64,000 nt of DNA. Origin: Pecten maximus. Taxonomy: Eukaryota. The stretch lies in contig NC_047025.1 of assembly GCF_902652985.1 (NCBI RefSeq), positions 12,338,001 to 12,402,000 on the forward strand, given 5' to 3'. The position numbers and the translations under genes were made by a program. The notes under the pieces were generated by a model. That model was not told the DNA's origin. It saw only the letters and a list, made by a program, of their open reading frames with translations, and did not search any database. Below, piece by piece: positions 1 to 11,300 of this stretch. Numbering within the stretch: position 1 is the stretch's first letter; the number at the start of each line of letters is the position of its first letter.

Positions 1-652
1 AGTTGTCAAACTGCGAGATAATCAATAGCATATTATATGTGATTTTCCCTTTCTCTATATGTGGTTGATAACAGACAAAACGAGTAATCAAACAAATACA
101 AAAGAAGTTTTGGAAGCATTTATATATATATGATAATAAAATACATTGTATATAGTATTATTTGGAAATGATATATGTTTTTCAAACAATGAATTCTGCG
201 GTTCCCTCTATGCGTTTATGCATGGCAAGGTTATTTGATTAGAATAGATAAAGCAGAATATTTCTTTCCCAATCGTTTGTATTATTTACTTGATGATATT
301 ATTTTGTTGAAAAGCATTTTGTAATGCAAAGCCAGTAATAAATGAATACTCGTAAAATATTGTTGATTGTAATTTGTACTAAGAACAATGACATGTGGAT
401 TTGTCGACATAATGGAAAACGATTCGTACTCTAGCGAAATAATTATTTTATCGGCAAGTTTTCTGCTAGAATTTTGTTTACTTTTTCCATTTTTTTTACC
501 AAGGAAACAAAGCATACGACTTTAACTAATTTCAGAAATTATATAAATTCCATCTCCATGATCAAGGAAAGGGTTTTATTCCACTGGGATAAACAATTAA
601 TCAATAAAAGTTCTAGAGTATTTTAATTGTTTGTCTCATCTTTGATCTACCC

Positions 653-3600
653 CTAGAGTCGACTTTGTGCTCCACCCGACACCATAACAGTTTCATCTGT
701 GATATAGGAAGCCTCGTCTGACGCTAGAAAGGCCACAATCCCAGCACACTCTCGGGCCTCGCCGATTCTGCAATTATATCATTTTAAAATCAACATTAAA
801 CAATGATTTGGTACAAGTAGCGTAAAAGTGTTTGATAAAGAAAACAGAACTGTATTATCCATACTTTGTTGCCTTATTTGTATGTAATGGTAAACATTAC
901 CACGGTATGCGTTAAGGTGGAATATTAATTCATGAATTATCCAAAAATCTTACATATATCATATATTTTTAAAGAAACGCGATTCTTTATGAATACAGGA
1001 TTCATTAAATGGCACATCGTCCGGAATACCGAGAGTTTTATACACACTAGTCAGTTTTTACTTGCTGATCCAATGTTTAGCGTTAATTTATTCATCAATG
1101 TATATTATTATTATCATATAAAGTTTGGTCTATCGTATGTGATAACTAACCCTTACCAAACCTTAAGAATGCTATTAAATTCCGTTAAAATACAGAAAGA
1201 TTTGAATTTTGCCAATAATATGCAGAATGCTCAAACGTATGTAGAGTTGGAATACGTTAACAAGATATAAGACAAGGGGAGAAAACTTTACTTTATGTAA
1301 ACATCCTACACAATTAAGATTTGATAATTACCTTCCAAGCTTTATATTTTGTGTTGCAATCTTCAAGTTGTTCGAATCTTTCCACAGCTAAAGATATAAT
1401 ACAATGAAAAAAATTAATTGTTACCTGTACAGTAAAAATTTAATATTGATAGAAAATATACTATCAGAGAATTAAAGAAATATGCATCTACTGAATAGAA
1501 AAGGAAACTTATCTGAATTGATTATTTGTCGTTGTTAAATTATGTCAAACAAGTTTATTTATGCAGGGTTAAATTATTTTCAGCAATGTATATACAGAAT
1601 GTAGATCGATTGATGTACGTACAGCTTCGCTAAACCTCGTTTTGATTAGACCGGGAGCGAGGCAATTAACCCGGATGTTCATCGGCGACAGTTGATGCAC
1701 TAAGGCCTTTTTCAAACCAAGAACGGCTGTCTTACTGACACCATATGGTCCAATAATCTGACGACAAATCAAAATTGATATGTATAAACACATTAATTTT
1801 CTTTTATTTATCTCCTTTTTAATCTATTTATGCAGAAAACTCTTTCTTATCTTTCTTAACAATTCTTTTTAAAAATATCAAATATACTTATTGATACAGT
1901 GTGCATAATCAATATAGCTATATATTTAACAAAAGCAAATATCAATGAACGGATGTGCAATTCTGCTTATTAGAAATGATAAGGGGATACACCAGTATTG
2001 TTTTATTTTAAAGTACTTTAAATGTAATATTGGTCAATCTTACTGCATTTGGCTCATATCCTGAAGTTGAAGAAACGAGTATTATAGAACCTCCTCTAAA
2101 AGGTAAAATCCAACATTATATTAGATTATCTACCGACTACACAAAATATACTCATCCAGATGAGCTGGGCTGATATAAACCACCTAACCCTTCTCATCAG
2201 TAAATGGCTATGTGATTATATATTTAGGATAACCTGTTACATTTAAGCAAAGTGGTCGTGACAAAATATTTCGAAATTGAATAAGATATAGATATTCATG
2301 GTGTGATACTATGGAATGAATATCATTCAAATCATTACACAGACAGCTTATACACAATTATTTAAATTCAAAATGCTTAAATGTGACCTTTGGTCAATAA
2401 ATCACATTGATTGATGACCACAAAAAATGAAACAATAAATTGATCTTCTTGTCTTGATATCATGGAGTGAAAATGAAGTAATTCGAATGTGGGGTTGAAG
2501 AAATAACTTTTTCACATGTGTTTAATTTCAAAATAAGTTGTGACCTTTGACCATTATCATGCGACTACCATATTTAAACAGGTTATGAAATGATGCTGTG
2601 AATATTTGACCTCTCTTTTTACACAAGCTTTTGATTTCAGACGTGACCATGCCATGTGTGACCTTTGATCCTTGGCCGATGACCACAAATATGGACTGTG
2701 ATATGTGCTATAGCATGGATATTGATATCATCAATCTAGTTATATTTTGCATATACGCTTTGTGCTACGGAAGGACTTGCATTCCCAAACAATCACAGAC
2801 GTATAAAGTCATAATAGTATTGTTGCCTACATAACTAAGTGGAGTAAACAACATAATCATGTGCAATATGTTCGATATAAAATAATTTAACCTGAATATC
2901 GATAAAATATTCAAGATAAAGACAATAAACATGTTGTTATTAGCACACTCAGATTAAAGTGGAGTGAAGGCCGAAATAGCAAGACACAAACACAAAGTGA
3001 CAAACCTAAAACCTGCTTTATTATAGTTTGTCATCAATAGCAATGTGTGTTATAGGACCATAACAACATCTGATTAAAATTTTACTTGCTGAAATAATGG
3101 TACTTACCCTCGCTTTTGCATTTGAGGAACAATGGCCTTACAGAGTAAAAATGTTGTTTTCACATTAATGTCAAAAATCTGGGGAAAAAACAAACACGTG
3201 ACGAAATAGGTGGTTGGTTGATTTGTTTTTAAATACATGTAGTTCAGAATCACAGAATCACAGTCTTAATGTCATTGGAAGTTTGGTTTAGCTTATTGAT
3301 GTCACTTATTCGTCATTTCTTAAAGGAGTAATTGTTACATCTCTATGCATGGTTACAAACTGGTTGCGCATTGATTAATTTGTTTTTCCAGTTATTATTT
3401 CACAATATTAATATTACACCTCCTGGGTTTGGATAAATATAATCTTTCTAGTATTATGTACAGTTCATAAATAACAATAAATTAAAATGTGGATACATGT
3501 AGATAGAAAGGGATGGGCAGTAACCTCCGTAGCGAACAGATACAGTTCAGTCATGGAAGAAATGATGGTTGGACATTTCGTTCCATTATGCTTACAAAAA

Positions 3601-6600
3601 GTAAGTGAATAATCGAACATCCGTACCGCGGCCTTGGACTCGTCGGTGATGATAGAGACATTATATAGCTGTTTGGTCCTTCTCGGACTCGTCAGTGATG
3701 AAAGAGACATTACACAACTGTTTCGTCCTTTTAGGACTCGTCCGTAATACTAGGGACATCATACAATTTTTTCGTCCTTCTACCTAGGACATGTCAGTGA
3801 TGATAGAGACATCATACACCAGTTTCGTCCTTCTAGGACTCGTCAGTCATGTTGGGGACATCATACTCCTGGTTCGTCCTTCTAGGACTCGTCAGTCATG
3901 TTGGGGACATCATACCCCTGTTTCGTCCTTCTAGGACTCGTCAGTCATGTTGGGGACATCATACAGCTGTTTCGTCCTTTTAGGACTCGTCAGTCATGTT
4001 AGGGACTTCATACAGCTGTTTCGTCCTTTTAGGACTCGTCAGTCATGTTAGGGACTTCATACACCTGTTTCGGCCTTTTAGGACTCGTCAGTCATGTTTG
4101 GGACATCATACACCTGTTTCGCCCTTCTAGGACTCGTCAGTGATGATAAGAGCTAGTCCTAAAGTGTTGGCACCAAGGAGGCGGGGAAACTCAACATAGA
4201 CCGATATATATATGATCAATCTAGATAGGAATGCATTACCAGGATAATTCGTTAAACATAATTTTGAAAATAGGATTTCAACAGCACGTCAAGTACATGT
4301 GTATATTTTGAATCAAGTCACGATTCAAATTTATTCAAACATGACATATATGCAATGGTATGGTAAATAATCATGTAGGTAAAATAGATGTATGTATCAA
4401 TGCCTGTACTTACCTTGTCCCAAGCAGACTCTGGACACTATCAAAACAAAATTACTTATCATAAATATTTATATCATTATATATCAGTTTTTGTTATACA
4501 ACTGTACTTATAAAAAGAAAGAAAAATAATTAATCTAATACAAGGCATGCACATGGTAATCCACTTACATGTGCTAAACAACGTAATATGGTGATGATGA
4601 AAATGAGTCATATGGCTTTAGTTAACAACAAAAATTACAACTTTGATGATCATTCATCAATTGAGCTCATAACAATAATAAAAAAAGTTGTTTACACTAG
4701 CACAGCACTAAACCGCTAATTACATTGTATACACTATTACTGACATCATTTAATATACATGCAACGTTTTACTATATATTCTAAAGTACTATTTCAACTG
4801 TCGAAATCTGGCAAATGCATTTTTTTTCACATAAGGCTTATAGTTATTCTCAATTCCATACCATTGCAGACACTGTCTTTTATTCATTAATCCTGTATAC
4901 ACAAATTAAGAATACTTTTTAGAACGTGATAAATAACCTTTATACACCTGTACCAGTTTTAGAAATGTATGAACGTAATATACTCACATCTAGGATCGGA
5001 CCGAAGAAGGGATTAACGGCAGCGTTGGATACGAATATATCTATACCACCATACTTTTCTATAGCCTGTAAGGAAAACAATACCATAACATAAATAGTAA
5101 TTTAAGAAAGTAGATATGATTTATGGCATGTGAATGGGTTATGTATCTAAGTTATTATGTGATCAAGATTTCCAACGAATATTGTGAAAAAGATACATAT
5201 GTCCATGTTTTTGTTGATGTCCATTTCATTCATCTTTCTACAGACTCCTTTCACTGAACTACCAAAATCGCAAACAAATCTAGAAATCAGATCATTTGAT
5301 GACGTCACTATATCTCATTCGATAGATATCTATCTGACATTGTTGGCTGTTGCAAGGACTATAAACACCAGATTTAGCATAACTACATGCCCTTTCTTAC
5401 CGTAGTCACGAGTCGATCTCTATCTTCCGGTTTCCCCACATGACATACAACGCCTACGACATCCAGATTTTGAGATTTGAGCTTCTTAACGGCGGCGTCA
5501 ACATTAGCCTGCTTCCGGCTGCTTACTACCACTTTGGCGCCATCTTGGGCAAGTTTCTCCGCAATGGCGTACCCGATTCTAGACAATGGGAATAACAACA
5601 ATGAGTATTGAAACACAAAACAACATTTATTTGGGGTGCAGAAACCCTATACTTACACGTACAAAAAAATGTATTTACTCTATACTTAGTGTGTTAGTCT
5701 AAGGGATCGTGTAAATAAAGATCAATTTTGATTGCAATCATTTATTTATCTTCTCTATTTATTTATTTATTTATTTATTTATTGATTTACCTATCTTTTA
5801 TTATTTGTTAGTGTTATCTAATTATGAAAATGCAGCACACTAGTGTTAGGTTATCAAAGTTCAGGAAAGATAAATACCGTATGTTTTGCATGTTTACCTT
5901 TTCTGCAAAACATTCAGTTTCGTGATAGTTTTACTTCATGCCATATCAATACGGCAATATTATCTATGTCTGCCATACCTAATGTATCTACCTACTGTGT
6001 ACCTACCCTGTACCTACCTACCTACCTACCTACCTACCCACCCTGTACCTAGTATACCTACCTAGCTACCTACCTACCTACCCTGTACCTACCCTGTACC
6101 TACCTACCCTGTACCTACCTACACTGTATCTACCCTGTACCTACCTACCTACCCTGTACCTACCTACCCTGTACCTACCCTGTACCTTCCTACCCTGTAC
6201 CTACCCTGTACCTACCTACCCTGTACCTACCTACCTACCCTGTACCTACCTACCCTGTACCTACCTACCCTGTACCTACCTACCTACCCTGTACCTACCC
6301 TGTACTTACCTACCCTGTACCTACCTACCTACCCTGTACCTACCCTGTACCTACCTACCTACCCTGTACCTACCTACCCTGTACCTACCCTGTACCTACC
6401 TACCTACCCTGTACCTACCTACCTACCTACCCTGTACCTACCTACCTACCTACCCTGTACCTACCCTGTACCTACCCTGTACCTACCCTGTACCTACCTA
6501 CCAACCTACCCTGTACTTACCTACCTACCTACCTACCCTGCACCTACCCTGTACCTACCTACCTACCTACCCTGTACCTACACTAATATAATGGTATGGA

Positions 6601-7535
6601 TTATATTGATTCAAATAAGTACAGCATACTGTTAGTCTAAATTATTGTTAGAACTAGTATGCCATTCAAAATTAGCTTCTGTTAATCAAAACTATTTAAT
6701 ATTGTCTTGTTCAATGAACTGTTCGCCACAATTAGTGAATTATTAGTCTACGTTCAGATAGTCAACAAAATGAACTTCTGGTCTAAATTAATCAACTAGT
6801 CTGAATTAGTACAATGTTAGTCTGAATTGATTAACCGTTAGTCTGCACTAGTCAACTTCTGCAATATTGTCTAAATTCTTGAATTGCTAGCTTGTCTTAA
6901 ACTGAAAATGAGCCGTCTTAATTTAGACACTCTTACACTGCAACAATAACTTACCGGTCTAAACTGATGACCTATTACATTAAAATGTGTTTCTGGTGAC
7001 GACGACGATGTAATGACGGTGATGATCTAACTCGGTGAGGTGTTATACTGTGTCTAAGAGTTTGAAAATTTATCCAATATCGTCTACAACAACGAGCTGT
7101 CAGACACGATTAGTGAACTGTCAGTGTAAATTTATGATCTGCTTATATTATTAATTACCTGTACCTCAATTAGTAAACTGCTAGCCTCAAATTAGCAAAC
7201 ATTTTAGTCTAAGTTAATGGATATTTAGTGCCAATGCTTTACTGATCATAACTAGTGAACTTTTACTCTAAATCTTACTAGTGTAGTTATGTCCCAAATG
7301 AAATGCATCCTATATCATCATGTAATATGATATAAACTAAAGGTAATATAGGCCATGTAATTGTAATTACATGTACATACATACATGTACATGTAACTGC
7401 TATAAAAGTAGAGATTAGATATTTACATTGCAATTATGATTAGCTACTGATTTAAAGAATGGTTGTAATAAGTAATTGTTACCCGTCTGTCGATGCTGTT
7501 ACTATCGCGATTTTCCCTGCTAACTTCTGAGCCAT
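653..7535 (-). CDS. DHRS4: DHRS4-like peroxisomal short-chain dehydrogenase/reductase, copy A (9 coding exons, ~253 aa)
   Basis: Exons (minus): 7483-7535, 5401-5578, 4988-5065, 4414-4437, 3108-3178, 2044-2095, 1623-1757, 1332-1387, 653-767. All are GT-AG and in phase (762 nt total). Protein begins [24 protein letters not shown] and contains [15 protein letters not shown], catalytic YGVSK and NCLAPG. It ends QSRL* (PTS1). Confidence 0.93.
3636..4146 (-). ncRNA. Tandem array of ~10 x 49-bp monomers, each a minimal type I hammerhead ribozyme motif (retrozyme-like)
   Basis: Repeat starts at 3636, 3685, 3734, 3787, 3836, 3885, 3934, 3983, 4032, 4081, 4130. A minus-strand unit reads CAT(C/G)A-CTGACGA-GTCC-TAGAA-GGAC-GAAA-C-AGCT-GTA-TGATG, i.e. 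stem I, CUGANGA, stem II, GAAA, short stem III and a GUA cleavage triplet. Confidence 0.82.
5975..6580. repeat. Compound microsatellite of TACC and TACCCTG units in intron 1 of DHRS4 copy A
   Basis: ~600 bp of interleaved CCTA and CCCTGTA units read directly. Confidence 0.95.
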
Positions 7536-8344
7536 CTTGTGCGAGGATGAAAACGGGGTCAAAGAATAGGACTACCCCGAACCTGGACAACAGGTAACGA
7601 AGTAGGTCGCCGTGCTGTAAAGATAAAGATATGTCAATACATAGAACGATACACCAGGCTGTGCAGTAGTAGTGTAAGATTTTAAAAGGCATGCGCATAC
7701 ATGCTTGGGTATCGCCAGAGACATATATATGTATATGTCTCTGGTATCGCCTAACATTCTAATATATCGTAGCATAACTCTTGCATAAGATATTACTGAA
7801 GCCACACACACAAACTTACACAAAAATTATATATGTTAATATACGCTTAGTTTTATCAGATGTTTCTTATATTCTTAAAAAATATTTGTTTATTTTCTTT
7901 TCTTTTATTTAATTTCTTTGTTTCATTCAAAGATATTTCTTCTGCATTACTCGATACTTTTATCCGAAACCGTCAGTTTACGTGTACAGACCAACATCAA
8001 CATAAGTTTTCAAAGTTTGTTCACTGATCAATCTATGTATCACTTTTTCATTTTCAAATGAAATGGACATTTGCACCAACGACATAATTTAAATTTCAAG
8101 CGTTGAATTTCCAAATTATACGAAAGCATACAAAATACAATCGAAAAAAAATCAAGATTCCGGATTTTTTTTTTAATTCATCCGTGGTTCCGGAAACTTC
8201 AACCCTATTCCTCTTTCCTACTAGAAATAATTAAAATAAAAGTAGATCCTGAGTCGATCAAATGTTTGATTCGATAGTATTTTTTTATATCAGCGTCTAT
8301 AGATTGAGTTATTTACTAATGAAAGTGAACACAGACTTGACACG
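7536..8344. promoter_or_regulatory. Putative bidirectional promoter / 5' UTR region between the divergent DHRS4 paralogs
   Basis: Start codons at 7535 (-) and 8345 (+) are ~810 bp apart. A palindromic ETS-like TTCCGGAA lies at 8188-8195. A minus-strand acceptor (TCTTTATCTTTACAG, ~7616-7630) suggests a 5' UTR intron in copy A. Confidence 0.55.
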
Positions 8345-11300
8345 ATGTTGAAACGCCTTCTTTTCAGTAATAACATCAGACGACAACTTGGCATCAGGAT
8401 GGCATCAACTTCATCTCAGAAATTAGCAGGAAAAGTCGCCATTGTAACAGCGTCTACAGACGGGTAATATATTTATAATTGAGACAATGTCGGGACAATG
8501 ACATACTCACTGATACAACAGACTCATTAATACATTGTACATTATTAGAACTGATTATGTGTCCAGTATGTATAAACTGTGACTGTTTATAATGATATAC
8601 AAATGTAAATGTTCTAATGTACAAGGTAAATACAAATATAGCCGATAAAATTACACTTCAAATACTGTTGCAGTTCAATGATACATTGTACAAGTGTATG
8701 TGTGTGATGTATCGGATATTTCCTGCAGCCTTTTTTTTTTATCTCTGCAGTTGCAGTGTGCATGTGTACATTAATTGTAGGCTAATAGTTGAAAAGAAGC
8801 TGCATCCAGTGTCAAAAGAGGAGTTTCCTTAAAATGAAAGAATGGACATTTTCTGCGTGTGTACCCTAGAGAATCAGTAATTTTCTTCCATGTCTCCTAT
8901 TTAGGTAGCCTGAGTTTTCTCTGGCCCTGTCACCATGTCTGTATATGAAAACGTGTAATTATCTTTGTTTTGAGGGGTTTAACATCCTTGGAACAGCTAG
9001 GTGCATGTAAGGACAGGTGTCACGGGGACACCTTGAATCAGAAAACAAAGCACAGAAAGACATACTAGACAGGATACAAAGGAAATATTTGAGAAAATTT
9101 TGCAACGGGGGCAGAAGACCTACACTTGTATTTCGGTCTCTCCTATGTACCCTAAATAGTAGCCCGAGTTTTCTCTGGCCCTCAGTCACCCTGTCTGGTG
9201 TAGGGCCAGAGCGAACTACTATATGAAAACGTGGAAATTATCCGACACCGTTTGGTGTCGCTAAAAATTTGGTGCAAATACAATAAAATCGGGTGTGACA
9301 TAACACCTACCTTACATATATGGATAAATATTTACATTTTGGTGGCAAAGCCACGATATAAACTAAGTGAAAAGATTTGCAGTCTATGTGACCATAATTG
9401 ACACCCAAAACGTGACATCAATCCATGCCGCGCATGAATATATTCACCCACCGGAACTACTTGTATCTAACGTTAATCATTTTTTATGTTAATTAAAAAG
9501 TATCAAAAAGACATTTTATACAATATTGTTACACAAATAATAAAAAAAATTTGAACAGACTGTGTTTTTTCGGCATAGCCGTCTAATTTTGTTTTGGCCC
9601 TGGATATGACGCGACAGGTGGCGTTTCTGTCAAGATGAAGTACGTGATTGGTCAATGTAGCAGTCAATGCAAAATGCAGATATACAGTTTAAAACAAAAC
9701 AAAGTTAAAGGGACCTCACGGTAAACCAATGTTTATTTTGTATTTTCTATCATATTATTGGGTATATCTTTTAAAAAAATAACCTTCTGAACAATAACCA
9801 TTTGATGATGTATGTACATAAAAACATCAATTATCAATTATTAAAAGGCTATCACTCTGAATATGCAAATTTTGTGACATATACGATAAACGCATGCGCA
9901 CAACAAACTAAAACACATGGAAACAAAAATGGCTTCCATTGTGAATCGACTGCGGTTGGAAACGATAACAGCTTCCGCAATGAAGGGAATAATAGGGAAA
10001 TGGGTCAAACACAATCCTAGAATTAAACTTGGGAAGCAGTACAATAGATTGTAACAGTTCAAACATGAAAACAGCAGTAATACGGCCGCCGCTCGTATTC
10101 TGCTTGATTGTTTGATAGTAGGTCATGACAATCTCGGTAGGCTAGTATTTACACAAACTCTGTAATATTAACACAAACTCTGTAATAGTACCACAAGCTC
10201 GGTAATATTTACACAGTCTGTACCAGTACATCGCTACTGTCACTATACTATATGAACAGTGTTTACACTTATTTACACATAAATATATGTGCCGTAATAT
10301 ATACAGAACGTTTTATTTAACATTTAAACCACTGTATAATATCGTTATCCAACGAACCCAGACAGAATATAGATATCATATCGCCTTGTAAACTATCGTC
10401 TGTTTGTGTTGCCACGATTTCAAAACAGTCATGTAATAATTTAAAAATAATTTCCGCGCTAAATTAAGAGGGGGATTCCCAACTAAATCGAGTGGTCAAG
10501 CTGGACATAGGGATTGACTGTAAACATTGGGACAGCACAGAAACATAACTGGAAAGGAACAAAACGTGTACATTCAGTGAAAATTGCAACGTTTATCTTG
10601 ATGTCCCTTTTAAATTGAATGCAAGCTGAATAAGTGGATGCATCTATTCAAATGACACATTTGCAGTCCTATTATCACCAAAAATGATTCAAACTGATAT
10701 AATTTTGTTATCCGTGCTGAAACTGCGTATTTATTAATTAAAATGTAGTTCATTAATTTATTTCACCAGTAGTTTTACATTATAACCACCAGCATTAAAA
10801 CTATGCCGTTTATCTTTTTTAAAGATATTTCTTGTTTCGTATTATTTCAATGCACTTTTTTGTTTGCCAATCTGCGCGTGACAGATGAATTTTGAAAAAA
10901 TAGGCTGTTCTATTTGTCGAACCCCATTGACAAAATTGCTGAATATTGGCATTTTTTATGCTAACCCAATTTTAATTTTCAAAAATAACAAAACGAATAT
11001 GTCGAGAATGTAAATATTTATTTACCCCAGAACACCAATTTAGTCCCATCTAGATATTTTATTCCGTCCGTATAGACCCTTGCTTTACACTAGTCAAAAT
11101 TTCATACTTGACTCGACGCCATATTGCTAATTATGTAGGTCGCGGGCGGCCTAATTACCCTAATCAAAGCGCGATGGAGCGAAAAGGAAAAATTATACAA
11201 TATTTATTTTTATATATTTTACAACTTATAATTCATAAATAATGAATTTTTGAATTTAATATAACAGGTTTTGGGAAATAATAAGCTTAGTTTTCTTAAT

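Noticed and set aside
932-1270. 112-aa plus-strand ORF and other short AT-rich ORFs in the track
   Set aside because: They are intronic or intergenic, have no motifs, and are consistent with chance ORFs.
2150-2870. Possible second HINE-like element (TGACCTTTGACC motifs)
   Set aside because: Too degenerate to define ends by eye.
3636-4146. CRISPR-like array
   Set aside because: The units are full tandem repeats with no unique spacers, the context is a eukaryotic intron, and there are no cas genes.
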